Shown: positions 25,601 through 39,985, counted from the stretch's first letter. The stretch: 64,000 nt of DNA from Octopus vulgaris (GCA_951406725.2 OX597818.1:107880001-107944000), one strand, 5' to 3'. The notes: generated by a model from the sequence alone, not told the origin. Program-made: numbers and translations.

Positions 25601-27619
25601 TTATACTTTTCTTGGGATTCATGTGTCATTGTTACCTTTTTCTTGTTCTATACTCACCATTGCATTCTTTTGATTACGACTTCAACTTTTTATTTACGTA
25701 TTTCAGAAATTACTTTCTTGAGGTTAGAAGTTTTTTCTTGTTGATTCTGGTCCCTGCTCAGTTTGCTTTTCGATTTCTACAGCGAATTCCATGGGATAAG
25801 ATCTGTTTACTGCATGCAAATGTTTGTTTCTCTGAATGAATGAGGAGGAGAGAGCTTAATGTATATTTCAGAGTACATATGCCTTATTTGAAATTAATAT
25901 TTGTGTGCATATGTATGGGTGTGTATGTAAATATGTATGCAAGTATTCCTCTATGTATGTATGTATGTATGTATGTATGTATGTATGTATGTATGTATGT
26001 ATGTATGTATGTATGTATGTATGTATGCTTGTATGTGTTAGTTTGCAGATGATTTCACAACTCCACTGAAACATATCCCACTGCTCTCTCTCTCTCTCTC
26101 TCTCTCCTTAATTCATTCTGGGATACTCTGTATCATCACCCATCGTCATCATCATTTAATATTCGTTTTCCACATTGCCACGGGTTGGACATTGTGTGTG
26201 TATGCATGTGCATGTGTGTGTATGTGTGTGCATGCATGCATGCATGTGTGTGTGCATGTGTGTGTGTGTGCATATTGTGGTTGACTAATGAGTACCTGAT
26301 TTTATCAATGAACACCAGCTGAGAAAGGAAACAGATTTCGAAACATTATGATGGCCCACAAGGTTTCCTTTAGGTAAATGCACATTTCCATTGTACAAAT
26401 ATATTTGTACTTGAGAATCAGTCTTTACATTAATTTCATTAGCACAGTCATGGTACCAACTAACTCCATTAGTCACAAAAATTTCCTGGTGCATCAATGT
26501 CACGTTTTGATGAATTAAGAGGACATATGAATATGGAGACTAAGTCTGTTTACTTACCACATGGAATAGTTCTTCGCAATTGTAAGCATTCTAACTTAAC
26601 ATATTTTTCTTAGTAGAGCAGTATTTTTAGTTTCTGAGAAGGAATTTTTATGGTTTTATGCAACAACACCCACTTCGTTCATTACATTCAATGTAAAATA
26701 CTTTAAATATTTCCTCATTTTGACTGACTGTTATTTGTCACATGACAGAACGATAGGTTGATTTTGTCAGCACAAGCCAAGGAAACAAAATATTGTGAAA
26801 ACATGATGTTCTGGGAAAATTCTCTGAGGTAGATATATCCACCATTTCGTTTCAAGATTCAGTCTCTCTGTTTGTGTCGTTCTCAGAGTCTTTGGCCATT
26901 TTACAGACAATCTTCATTCATCTGAGAGTATTTTTATTGGTATATCTGGTTTCAATGATTTTCAATATGTTAGGAATAGCTTTTTAAAAACTACTTACCA
27001 CATAAAATAACTACTTCATATTTTAAGCTTTCTAACTACATATATATATATATATATACCAGAATAGGTGGTAAAATAATCTGGATTTATTTTGTTTCCC
27101 CAGAAATGGATCACACCTCCAACAAATTCGAAGCTTGTAGAGAACTGTTTTGGTTAAAAGTTCTGACTTTGGTCTTCTTGTTTGACTCAAATCACTTTTT
27201 GAAATTATGTCTTGTAGCCAACTACTACATACATACACATAAGAATACATACACACATATACTACACATGCTCACTGTAGGCTATAAGTTTTATTTTAGT
27301 CTGAAATTAATAGATTACGACTTAGCTGTTTCATGTTTGACCAATTTTCAGTCGGTTAGTTTAGTAAAGGAGACAGTTTTGCGTACAGTCTAATCCATCA
27401 TTGAATAATCACATGAACAATACAAAACTATTTGATGGAGTCAGAACGTCATAGAATAAGGCTATCTGTGGTTCAATCACTTGTCTTTTTTATATATAAT
27501 AACAAAAACTGACAACATTTTAATTCCTGTTTTCTGAAGAAATATTTTGATGTATATATATTTTTAGAACGTGATTGAATATATTATGCAACTATATGTA
27601 TTTCATCTGTTTGATAATT

Positions 27620-28215
27620 CATTGATTTATGTCAACAAAAAGATATCAGTTATTAACAGTTCAAGATGGAACTTTTGGGAAACATTGTATAGATTTTTCT
27701 GAGAAGCAAATGTTACAATTCTTCTTAGCTTGTTTATGAAGTTTGGCATATTGTAATATATTCCAGACAATTTCATATTCCAGAACACTTATTAGTTCTT
27801 AGAGAACATATATATTTTAATATTGGTTATTCTTACAAATTTAATTTGGTTATTATTACAAATAACCAAACCTTTTTGGTCATTTGTAAGAATGTAGATA
27901 CTGATTAATTTGTACTTCAAATGTATTTTTAGTTACCCATTATTATCCTTTATTACCTATAGAAACTAAGTTACCAACTGTAAATTCGTTTCAGGCAATA
28001 AACTGTTGATTCCAAAAGAAAGGAATTATTTAATGGACAATTTACAAATGAAGACAAAGTTACATGACTGAGGAACATACAGGTGTACGTAGAATGCTGT
28101 TCAAAAATTCTATCATTATTGTATATTATTTTCAGTTGCAAAATTATGTGCACAGCTGAAGCTAAATTTAACATTGTTTCTATTAAAAATTTTATGATGT
28201 CTATGATTCTTTCTA
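27620..28215 (-). mobile_element. Penelope-like linker / GIY-YIG endonuclease remnant
   Basis: HKIFNRNNVKFSFSC, NCPLNNSFLLESTVY and YEIVWNILQYAKLHKQAKKNCNICFSEK match PLE C-terminal motifs. A very degenerate HHR-like motif lies downstream at ~27317-27355. Confidence 0.8.
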
Positions 28216-28264
28216 TGTGTTTGTGTGTGTTTGTATGCATGCATTATATATATATGCCTATGTA

Positions 28265-28303
<39 letters not shown>

Positions 28304-29332
28304 GCACACACTACCAACACACACACACACATACATACATACATACATGCAAAATACAAGTATGTATGTATGTATATAAGGATGTACTTGACTGTGAGAA
28401 CAAGTGCATGCAGAAAGCACCTCAATACTTCTTTATTTATATATCAGTTTACAAATTTTAATTATTTTTTATTTTGTCTTTTCTGAACCAATAAGAAAAA
28501 CTAATTGATGAATTGATAATGTGGTATAACAGGAACGAAAGAAAGAAGCAGGGAAAGGCCATAAGAGTAACGGTGTGTAAAGAAGGAAGGGTTAGAATAG
28601 TCGGCGGGGGGGGGGGGGAGAAGCTAAATACATGTGACCATCAGAATCCAAAATTTACTGGCATTCTTACAGCCCAAGTGGAATATTAATTGATCAAAAG
28701 TATTTATGGCCATATAGAATAACAGAATAACAGAATAAATAGAATGAAGTTTACTTACTACAGTGCAAGAAGTCAACTGAGATGATGTGGAGAAAATCTG
28801 AAATATCTAAAGTTCCTAAAAAGGTATATTAAACTGATAGTCACTAACCAAAAAATAACAGAAAATAAGAAAAGCAAATGGCATAAAATATTTTGGCTAT
28901 GCATTCTGGAAGGATTAAATAAAAGAAGGAAAATATTAAATAATTAATGTTAATTGGTGGTTAAAGATAGCAAAATTAAAATTCAAAAATAGAGAGTTGA
29001 AATTTGAAAATGTTTTTTTCTTGGTAAATTTCCCACTTTCTGGGGGGGGGGGGAAAATAAAGATTAGAAAACAAGATAGGAGGTAATTAGAAGAGAACTA
29101 AATTTAAATGTAAATTGGGTAAGTAAACAGACGTGTAAAAATAGCGATTTATGCTGAAACGCATCAGAAAAAGACATCATCATACAATCGGACATATACA
29201 TGTATACATGTGTACAAACAACATTTGTGCTTACGAACACAGATATATGAGTACATTTGTTATACAAGCATGTGTATACATTCACAAAACACGTGTGTGT
29301 GTGTACATACATACATACATACATACATACAT

Positions 29333-29377
<45 letters not shown>

Positions 29378-29640
29378 TTTAAAATATGAGAAATTGAATA
29401 TTAATTTGATTAACATCAATTTAACACCAGTGGTCTGCTGAAAATTCAGGAAATTGTATTATATACATATGGATCCACATGTGGACAACTATGCTAGAAG
29501 TAGTAAGAAATGTTCTCAAGAAAAATTTTGCTGTATTTTTCTTGAGAACATTTCTTAGTGGTAAGACCATAGCAGATCTACTTCTAGCATAAAGGTTGTC
29601 CACATAGTGGTCATCACTCTCATATGTAAATATATATATA

Positions 29641-31161
29641 TATAACGGGAAGCTTTATGAAAATAGACAAAAGACGAAGGCAGGTGGTCTGATTTTGGCC
29701 AGAGGTCAAAGATCAAACATGAGACGCGAGAGCGAAATAAGGGGAGATAATAGGGTTGATAATAGGGTTGTATGTGGGTATGAGAGAGTATTAGTGCGTA
29801 GGATTGGTCTGGACGTGCGTATGTATGGGGTTGGTGTATGTATTAGTATGTATTAGTATGTATTAGTAGGTGTGTGTGTGTGTGTATGAGAGAGTATAAG
29901 TGCGTATGAGGGGTCTGGACGTGTGTATGTATGGGGTTGGTGTATGTATTAGTATGTATTAGTATGTATTAGTACGTATTAGTATGTATTAGTTGGTGTA
30001 TGTATTAGTATGGCACATCATATATGATGTGATGTGTAAAGTCGTGTGGTGTAGTGAGGAGAAGAGGGGGAGGGGGAGAAGAGGGGGAGGAGAGGGGGAA
30101 GAGGAGAGGAGGGGGAGAGAGAGGAGGGGGAGAAGGAAGGGGAGGAGGGGGAGGAAGGAGGAAAGAGGGAGAGGGGGAGAGAGAAGGGGAGTGAGGGAGT
30201 GAGGGAGCAGAGGGAAGGGGAAGAGGGAAGGAGGGAGGGAGAAAGAGGGAAGAAGGGAAGGGGAGTAGGGGTGAAAGGATGAAGGACTGAAGAAGTAGGG
30301 GTCGGGGGGAAAGGATAGGTGAGGAGGGGGAGAGGGGGGTTAGATGAGGAGGGGGGAGAGTTGAGACCAAATGGCGTATAAGAGCGAAGAGAGAAGATTA
30401 ATTCCTGTTCACGGCGCAAACGGGAATCCGGATGGCCTCTGTGTAAGGACAAACCGAACACAGATAGGTGTTGCAAGGAGTGACCGGTGGAGCGGAAATG
30501 GCGTGAGACCGGTGTGTCGTTCGCAAGGTGGATGTCACGAAGGTGTTCCGCGAACCGGTCAGCCAACCCTATACATACACACGTCCAGACCCCTCATACG
30601 CACTTATACTCTCTCATACACACACACACACACTTATACACACTAATACGTACTAATACATACTAATACATACTAATACATACACCAACCCCATACATAC
30701 GCACGTCCAGACCAATACGATGCACTAATACTCTCTCATACACACACACACACACACACACCCTTATACATACTATACATACACCAACCCTATACATACA
30801 CACGTCCAGACCCCTCCTACGCACTATTAGCTGGTCCTTCAACCCTATTATCAACCCTATTATCAACCCTATTATCAACCCTATTATCTCTCCTTATTTC
30901 GCTCTCGCGTCTCATGTTTGATCTTTGACCTCTGGCCGAAATCAGATCGCCATGTTGATTCGTTAGCTACTGCACGCATTTTTTTCTCTCCTTCTTTCTG
31001 TGTTTTTTTTCTCTCTGTGTATCTTTCTGTTGAAGAGCGTAGGCTCGAAACGTTAAAGACTTGTTTTATTTATATTTCCTGAGCGCCATACTAATACAAT
31101 TGTTCGTTTGTTTTCCACCTGCCTTCGTCTTTTGTCTATTTTCATAAAGCTTCCCGTTATA
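29641..31161. mobile_element. Young Penelope-like insertion in inverted (tail-out) configuration
   Basis: Minus ORF 30018-30566 begins LADRFAEHLRDI..PVSRHF..GH..REQELIFSLRSYTPFGLN (GIY-YIG C-terminus). 29641-29688 is the reverse complement of ~31115-31161, and ~29690-29990 mirrors ~30570-30946. Flanked by (TA)n. Confidence 0.85.
31022..31059 (+). ncRNA. Minimal type I hammerhead-like motif with variant core
   Basis: TCTTT-CTGTTGA-a-GAGC gtag GCTC-GAAA-CG-TT-AAAGA. Helices I and II are perfect, with palindrome AACGTT; the core is CUGUUGA instead of CUGANGA. Confidence 0.65.
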
Positions 31162-31307
31162 TATTATGCGCTCACGTGGTCTCACTTTCATCCTATATTC
31201 TACCAATACCACTATCAACACTTACCTCTACCTTGGATTTTCTTTACCTCTTGGATACTTACCATTGGCTGCACCTCTCTTTCGCGGATCAAAGTGACTT
31301 TGCATTG

Positions 31308-31348
<41 letters not shown>

Positions 31349-31649
31349 GCATTTATACAAGAATATACATAAATATGTGTAGCTGAGTGCACAAATATAT
31401 TGGCAGGTGTGTGTGTGTGCATGTATGTATGTATTGCGTATGTCTTATGAATGCATCCCTTTTGATTCCTCATCTTGCGTATGTTTGAGATTAAGTTTTC
31501 CTATCTCATGTGCACGCATGTGTGTACATGCATTTATATATGCACACATTCACACACAGCCACACACACACGTGCACACACATAATTTCATGTGTGATAA
31601 TAAAGTCTGGAATCAAAGGACCCTAGAGTTAATTTAGCAAAGACCAAGA

Positions 31650-32450
31650 CAAATCACTGGCCCCTTCTGAGAGATGGCCCTGCTCAATATGTAGAAAAGG
31701 TGAAGGTAGAAACTGCATAAGGTGTACCCCATGCAAGCTGTGGAAACAAGAAATGCAGTAATGTGAGAGGAAGGTTAACAGAGAAACTAGTCTTTGTGTA
31801 TGGTAGGTGTGCAGGTAGAGTATAGACTGGTAGAAAGTAGAGAAGACAGACTTTGTCAAATGCCCAGAGGGATCCTTATGGATACTAGGTAGCTTCTGTT
31901 ACCCAGGTGACTAAGTCAACAGAGGAGGTGGATGCTGTGAGAGCATAGTTACTAGAATAAGAATGGGATGGGCCAAGTTCAGAGAGCTTCTACCTATGAT
32001 GGTAAAATAAGGTTTCTCTCTCAGAGAGAAAGGCAGATTGTATGATGTCTGTGTACTAATAACTATGCTGAGTGGCAGTGAAACATGGTCTGTGGCTGCA
32101 GAGGACATGTGAAGGTGTGAAAGAAATGAAGCCAGCATGCTCTGCAGGATGTGCAATGTCAGTGTCCATGTGTGGCACAGTGAGTGCATTAACAGAAAGA
32201 TTGAGTATAAGAGGTATTATTTGTATAGTGCAAGAGAGACAGCTGCACTGGTCTGGTCATGAAATGCACATGGACGAGTGCAGTTGCATAAAGAAGTGCT
32301 GATCTCTAATTGTGGAGGAAACCTGTGGAAGGGAAGACGTGGGACAACGTGGTGAGAAAGGATCTTCAGATACTGAACCTCAGTGAAGAGATGACAAGGG
32401 TTTGAAACCACTGGCAATTTGCAGAGGTTGAGAAGACACCCATCCATGTG
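31650..32450 (+). mobile_element. Decayed RTE LINE 3' fragment
   Basis: Frameshifted pieces WPCSICRKGEGRN, RIRMGWAKFRELLP, SLREKGRLYDVCV and GSETW. Confidence 0.75.
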
Positions 32451-33721
32451 GATATATATGATGGAATATATATATACATACATATATACATACATACATA
32501 TATATATATATATATGAATGAAAGGACACTGTTTGATTAATTGATTAATTGATCAAATAATTATCAAGTAATCAATTAGCTAATTGTATATTTTGTTAGT
32601 TAGTTGACCTGTAGTAAAAAATGACACACATGATCGAATGAACCATAACATATAAAGAATCAATAATCCTTTTTCCAACCCAAAGACTTTCTACAAAACT
32701 TTTGCTGTCAAATCAGAAAAAAAAAACCCAATTTTACTATTCTTTCTACACTTGCTTTATAAACGTGGGCTTTCTTCTTCCTCTTCAACATTTTCCTTTC
32801 TTTTTTACATTCTAGTTTTTCTTCTTCCTCCCTTTTTTCACTCACCTAATTAAAAAGTTCATGAAGACACTTTTTTATATGCCACAAAATACACCAAAAT
32901 CACTGCCAGATTGCTCCTTTATCAATGTGAAACACAAAATATTTATAAATTATTCTGACAAAGTGCTGTTTGTTCACTACAGATCTGCCTTCCCTATCGG
33001 TGCTAAGACCAATACATATAAAATGAACTCAACATGTCTAAAAGAGATGCAATGAGACTAAAGACTGGGCCATCTGTACTATTCAATTCCAAAAGGAGTT
33101 CTGGCGATCATCTGGTACTCAGCATCTGTTACTGCTGCCTTCAGTGCCCTAAATTCAGGTAATGAAAGTACTCTTTCAACGCCTGATTTCTGAATATATG
33201 AGACTTGTGATATATTCCACAAGACCATCTGCAAGAAGAGTGATATATGCAACTGCTGCACTCAGGACATCTCCAACAAGAATACCAAAGAACCAGTTCC
33301 CTTATGACTGAAACCCATGCATGCTGACCAACTATACACATGTACAAGAGTTAAGGCATGAAATGTGTATTTTAGTTAAACTATTTAACATGGATGTCAA
33401 AGAGTCTCTCTACAGACAAATAGCATCATTGAAGAAAACCTCTAAAAAGGCAGTAACATGAACACATTGCATTCTTCATTAATGCCAGTGAGGGGCAAGG
33501 TTAAAGAAGTCATTAGAACTGAAAAAACACAAACGAGCCCCCAACAAATGGTTTGAACTGCATGAGACATTCTCGGTATAGGAAAATACTACAAACATAT
33601 GTCCCACAGCTCAAGGAACACAATCTATGAATCCAAATTCCATATTTCTACATACATGGTCTTTTGACCAAAGCACACACACACATGCTGACATAATGTT
33701 GCCTAAATACTTCTAAAAGAG

Positions 33722-33945
33722 GGTTCCTGGTTCAGTCCCACTGCGTGGCACCTTGGGCAAGTGTCTTCTACTATAGCCTCAGACTGGCCAAAACCTTTTG
33801 AGTGGATTTGATAGACAGAAACTGAAAGAAGCCCATCGTATGTATATAGATATATATGTGTGTGTGTGTGTTTGTGTCTGTGTCTGTGTGTGTTTGTGTC
33901 TGTGTCTGTGTGTGTGTGTTTGTCCCCATCATCGCTTGACAACCA
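33722..33945 (+). mobile_element. SINE family B, partial
   Basis: GGTTCAGTCCCACTGCGTGGCACCTTGGGCAAGTGTCTTCTACTATAGCC. Confidence 0.8.
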
Positions 33946-34861
33946 AAAGAATAAAAGTATATATGATGTGCACATGAAAATATACACCTCTTGTATTTTA
34001 GAAATAAATGTGCATGCCTTGTGCGTCTGTGCATCCAACTATTCATCTGGTGATCTAAGCATGAACGTATGAATACATAGAAGAGTATCGATATACACAC
34101 TGGCACACACACACACACACTCACTCACTCATGTACACACACGCACACTCATACACATGCACACACACAAGCACACACACGCACACACATACACACACAT
34201 GCACACATACACATGCACACACACGCACACACACTCACACATGCACACACACACAAGCAGAAGCTCGCACACACATACTCACACATGCACACACACACAC
34301 TCACACACACGCGTACACATGTGGCATAGACTGAGATAATTAATGTCTGCAAACGAAGAGATGAAACCTGCACAGTGTCTAGTATCCATTCCACACTTCC
34401 TCTGTTATTTATGAGGGAAAGAGATGAGAGACAAAGAGACCAACCATACGGAGAAGAAGCTGACAGACAGATGGTCTGATGATGCCCAATCCTATGTCAC
34501 TGATACCATCATGCCTAAGTCATCACTTCAGTAGTGTAATGTTTTCCATAATCTTGAAACTGGGTTTTCTTCTTTTAGTATGGATCAATCTCGGAAGATA
34601 CCATTTACCACTTTCCCACCTCACACACATACACATATACATATACACATACACACTGCTGTGCATGTGTACACAAGTATATATATATATCTATGCAGAC
34701 TTACATATGCACACGCATGCACACAGATAGATGCATCTGAACACACAAGCCCGTTCGTTCCTACGTATACGCGCCCACACCAAACTAGAAATGGAGAAAA
34801 GTGTTTCTGTAAATTATGTGTCCATTTGGCAATAAACTCAGTCAAAGCAAACATCTATGGC

Positions 34862-35100
34862 AAGAAGAAGAAGAAGAGGAAGAGGAAGAGGAAGAAGAAG
34901 AAGAAGAAGAAGGAGGAGGAGGAGGAGGAGGAGAGGAAGAAGAAGAAGAAGAAGAAGAAGAAAAAGAAGAAGAACAACAACAAAAACAAAAACAACAACA
35001 ACAACCGCAGCAGCAGAGACATCCTCAGCAATAAAAGGAACATCGTCAACAACAACAGCAATGACAGCAACAACAACAACAATAACAGTGACAATAGCAA
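34862..35100. repeat. Compound trinucleotide repeat (GAA/GAG/AAC)n
   Basis: Visible directly; source of the poly-K/E/R/N ORFs. Confidence 0.9.
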
Positions 35101-35683
35101 TCATAGCAAAATTTGCAATTTCCAAGCAAAAGCCAAAGAGAGTTCTAATGGCCGTAAGAAGAGCAGAAATGATTACAACTCAACAAAGAAGCCACCACAT
35201 GACAGCTTACCCTACACTAGAAACAGCAGCCAAATGTCTAATTTTGCTGCATGGTATCATTAGATTAATTAGTCCATATTTTGTCAGGCATCTCTTTCCA
35301 CAGATCATCTTTTTCAACAAAGTTACTACTCTGGCTAAAGCAATGACCAGGACTGAGTGTTCAATATCTGGGCAGATTCTCACAGTTTGCTATTAATTAG
35401 CTGATGTTGTCACTGGAATATCATTCTGTATTCTGTTGAAACTCCATGATGGGCAAGAATAACAATATTTTCAGAGAAAGAATGGTTATTGAGTAGAATC
35501 ATTTGAAAAATCTCGTCTAGATAACCTTCTGCTTTAAAACAATTGACAACTTCCCAAAATTCCTGATCTGGTAATGCTACTAAGGGAAGGGCAATACTAT
35601 TCCAGGTTAAATTCTACAGACAGGGAAGTATCCAGCAAGCCAGGTCTATCCAAACAACAAAACATACTCATTGTGTCTAAGCT

Positions 35684-35985
35684 TCACTGATCAGTGTAAA
35701 TATGTGAAATAGTTAGAAAATTACAACTTTTAAATCATCTCACAACACGAGATATTCAGCAACAGTACTTTGGAGTAAAGATTGTTTGCCAACATAACAT
35801 GGCAGTCCTGATTTAGGACGAATATTGCAGTAATTTAGCCCCAGGAGACATCGTCTCCAGCTGGCTATACGACACAATCTGTGTCCTTATATTTTCAAAC
35901 AAAGGAATCTAAGCAATATCTGTGTATCGCGTTTTCTGGGTTATTTCTCTTCATCAACACAGAATAATTGCTCAGCTAGAGGTGA
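35684..35985 (-). mobile_element. Non-coding HHR-bearing element, copy 1 (retrozyme or PLE-derived candidate)
   Basis: Matches 50859-51203 with permuted segment order. HHR at 35919-35963 (-): TCTGTG-TTGATGA-agagaaataaccca-GAAA-ACGCGA-TA-CACAGA. Confidence 0.7.
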
Positions 35986-36614
35986 AATAGTTGTTTAGCA
36001 AGCAGTCCATTGTGGACATTGTGCTGTTCACTGAATTTCTCCTATACAGGAAAGCTATATGACTGCTTAGTCAGACCTGGTCTGGGGTTACTCAACAACA
36101 GCACCAACAACAACATATTCGCTTTACATGAAACCACTGCTGTTATTGCAACAATACTGCAGCTACCACCAAGAGGTACCACTTCACATACTACCACTGC
36201 AGCTACTACTAAACAGTGTTGGTTAACACCACATCACAATAACCCCTACAAGCCAAAGTGGCAGCCAGTGTGGATGCTTAATCTGCTGGAAACAGCAGCT
36301 GTATGTCTCTTTGATACACCCTACGATATTATAATGGAGGTGCATAACCTAAGGGTTCAGGTGTTGCACTCATAGTCACCAGATCATGGGTTCAATATCT
36401 ACATCAGGCAGCATGTTGTGTTCTTGAGCAAAACACTTCATTTCACGTTGCTGCGTGGAGACCAGCATGCCAAAAAAATCATCATCATTATCATCATCAT
36501 CATCATCATCATGATGTTCATAACAATTTTGTACAAGATTCTACTGCACCAGGCTTATGTGCTTTTGTGAGGGCACATGGCCTAGTGGTTAGTGGCTTGC
36601 ACTCAAGGTCGCTA

Positions 36615-36922
36615 GTGGAGGCACATGGCCTAGTAGATGGAGCAGCAGACTCGCGGTCAAGGGATTGTGGGTTCAAGTCTCAGATCAGGCGATATGTGTG
36701 TTTATGAGTGAATCACCTAAGCCCCATGTGGCTCCAGCAGAAGGTAATGGCGAACCTCAGCTGACTCTTTTGCCACAACTTTCTCTCACTCTTTCCTCCT
36801 GCATCTTGCAGCTCACCTGCGACAGACCAGTGTCCTGTCTAGGTGGGGAACCTATACGCCAAGGAAACCAGGAAACTGCCCCTGTGAGCCAGGCGTGGCT
36901 CAAGGAGGAACAAACAACAAAA
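36615..36922 (+). mobile_element. tRNA-derived SINE, family A
   Basis: Close match to 4439-4744. Appears nested in another SINE head (36570-36614, resuming ~36923). Confidence 0.85.
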
Positions 36923-38112
36923 CTCAAGGTCACTAGAGTTTAATTCCTACACCAGGTGGCATGTGTGCTTGAGCAAAACACTTCATTTCACGTTGCTGTG
37001 TGGAGACCAGCATGTGAAAGAATTGACCAAATATTTCCTCTGTGTGTCGTAAAAGGTAACTAAAAGAGCTAGGATCTGCACTCCAACCTCCTAAAAGCCT
37101 CACCTGCAACAACTGCCTAAACACACCCATGTACTGGAGGGTTGTCAGTGCAAAGGTGTCATCCACCAGGAGTGGGAGGGAACCACTAACAAACAGTGGA
37201 TGCAGTGACATACTGCTGTTACAGTGCTTATCTCCACCCCCCCCTCATACTGTTGCTGTCTTAGAAAAAGAGACATTGCATTGTGTAGTCTGAGATACAC
37301 AGTCTGATCAGATAATCATGGCTCGAATACTTGGAATAAAAATCTGTGAAATCTTGGGCCAAACAAGAAGAGTAGACATGATTAGATTGGCCTAGTTCTC
37401 TCCACATGGCACCAAATTCTTCTCTTTCATCACCAAATCAGTTACTACAACACAACCACTACTAACACTACATCACTACTTCCACCACAGTCAAGACACA
37501 CCATCAATGAGAAGAGACACTGCTTTGGTCATTATAGCCACCACATCACTTTAGTGACTCTAATTAATGAAACATCATTATAACCATCACATCCTGACAA
37601 CATTAGTTGACTGACCTACACTCTCAGCACTACAGCTCCCACTATACCTATGACAGAATAGTGACCACCACCACCACCACTACAAACACTACCACAGCAA
37701 CCATTACCACCATCACCACAACCACCCCCAAAGCCACTCCACCACCAAAATCACCTCATCAACCACCAGCACCACCACTACAAACACTACCACAGCAACC
37801 ACCACCACCATACTGTTATAGTCATGTGACATGCTGGCTTTTAAGAATTATTTGTTAAAAAGTTGAAGTAGTATAGGAAGGGGGAAGATCCCTGACCATT
37901 TTCAGGGCCTCCCTGGGCTGGTGGGAAGAAGAGGGAAAGTTATTCTCAGATTGAAGACCTGATAAAGGGACCCAAGACAAAGGTGGTGTGTTAGACGAAG
38001 CAAAGAATTAAGTTTACCCCACCCCCACATCAAGATCACTAGGAATACATCTCACCACATCACCTCAACACACTGAGTTCAATTTAATCAACTCCTAACA
38101 CCACACATTCTC

Positions 38113-38114
<2 letters not shown>

Positions 38115-38187
<73 letters not shown>

Positions 38188-38200
38188 TACACACACACAC

Positions 38201-38291
<91 letters not shown>
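38115..38291. repeat. (CA)n microsatellite
   Basis: About 175 bp, nearly pure CA. Confidence 0.95.
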
Positions 38292-38294
<3 letters not shown>

Positions 38295-39563
38295 CGATGC
38301 TTGGCCTTCTGCCTTCTCACATGAAACCCTATATGTCAACAGTTTGTTCTGCGGGGTGGCTTTTTGCCAAATTGATAAAATCCTGATAATTTTACACTGG
38401 TTTAGCACAGAAACACCTTTGTTGACTTATTTCAGTTTGTGTCCACAACATTGCTTTCTATTTCCCACCAATTTCTTGTGAATTTCCTGCCATATTTTAA
38501 ATAATTCTCTCTTCTTTATATCCTCTATCATTACCGAATCCGACCTATTTATTTTACCCCTTCCAATTTTCTCCTCACCGCCACTTTCATCAAAACATCA
38601 AAACTGATTTCACAAGCTCACATCACCATGTTTATTTTATTCCCTTACTTCATTTTTTTATTTTTTTTATTAAAATTCCTGATATTTCATTCATATTGTT
38701 TGTTTTTATGTTTGTTTACTGGTTTCTTGCTGTTATTTTCTTTGTTGACTACGATTCTATTGCTTTGGAGAATATGTCATGACATCTGTGAAATCTCACC
38801 ATATCTCTCTCTTTCTCCCCCTCTCTCTCTCTCTCTCCCTTTCTATCTATCTATTCACATTTCACTATTTACCCATTATATACAGATGCATATATATATA
38901 TATATATATATAAATATATATATATATTTGCATATGTGTGTTTGCGCATATGTATATGTATACATACATTTATATGCATATATATATAAAAATGAATACA
39001 CACAAGTATATACATTCACAAATGTATACACAAACACAAACACACACACACATATATATATATATACATGCACATATATATATATATATAGGTATGTATG
39101 TGTGTGTATACATATGTGTGTGTGGAGAAAGAGTGAGAGAGAGAGAAAGAGAGCAATGGAGAAGAAAGAGAGAAAAACATACGCACAAGCGTTACATACA
39201 AATACATATATGTGTGCATAAATACACACACACACACACACGTACACACCTATGTATCTGTCTATGTATGCATTGGTGTATATGTATATGTATATGTGTG
39301 TGTATCTGTGTGTGTTTGTACATATATATATATGTATGTATGTATATATCTATGTATGTATGTATGCATGCATGTATGTATGTGTGTATGTATGTATGTA
39401 TGTATGTATGTATGTATGTATATATGCATCTATGTATATATGTATGTATGTTTCTATATATATGCACATATATATAGAGATAAATAAATAGATTGATAGA
39501 TTGATATATATATAGAGATAGATAGATACATAGATACATAGATACATACATATATACATACAT

Positions 39564-39599
<36 letters not shown>

Positions 39600-39863
39600 A
39601 TGTGTGTGTACCCATACAAACACATGTATGTATGTGTGCCAGATGATGTAGCATCTGTTTTAGTGTACCTCAGCTTGTCTCTTTCATCCGGCTGTTTATA
39701 TCTGATTCAGATTATATCAGTTTGTCTACTTCTCGCAAAGGTATGGAGGGACAGGAATTTTATATTTAAAAAAAAAAACAAAAAAAAACAAAACAAATCG
39801 TGTATTGTACACAATATTTCAATTATTATTGAACATCTTGATGATCATTCTTCATTCTTCAGT

Positions 39864-39985
39864 TCAGGCAACTTGAACAATGCCATCTTCTGGTTCAAAT
39901 GACTTTTTAACCCAACGACCAGCATCTGTCTGTAAAACTATAAAACCGATTCCTTCCTTTATTGTCTGTTTAAGTAACTTTACAC
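39864..39985 (-). CDS. Candidate terminal coding exon of an unidentified host gene
   Basis: Acceptor TTTTTTTTTTATCTAGTTTCAG, phase-1 start, (G)VKLLKQTIKEGIGFIVLQTDAGRWVKKSFEPEDGIVQVA-TGA. Non-repetitive and protein-like, with no TE motif. Confidence 0.55.

Noticed and set aside
27094-27145. Further hammerhead-like traces (also ~1260-1295, 9203-9257, 17645, 40975-41010, 43050-43090, 62815-62860)
   Set aside because: Each lacks or has mutated at least one core box or helix, and cannot be told from chance by eye.
34580-35396. Long K/E/N- or R/T-rich ORFs as a real gene
   Set aside because: Frames are open on both strands only because of trinucleotide repeats; no splice or domain evidence.
37814-38100. 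Solo LTR (TGTTA...TAACA)
   Set aside because: No matching TSD, no second copy and no internal gag/pol; support is too thin.
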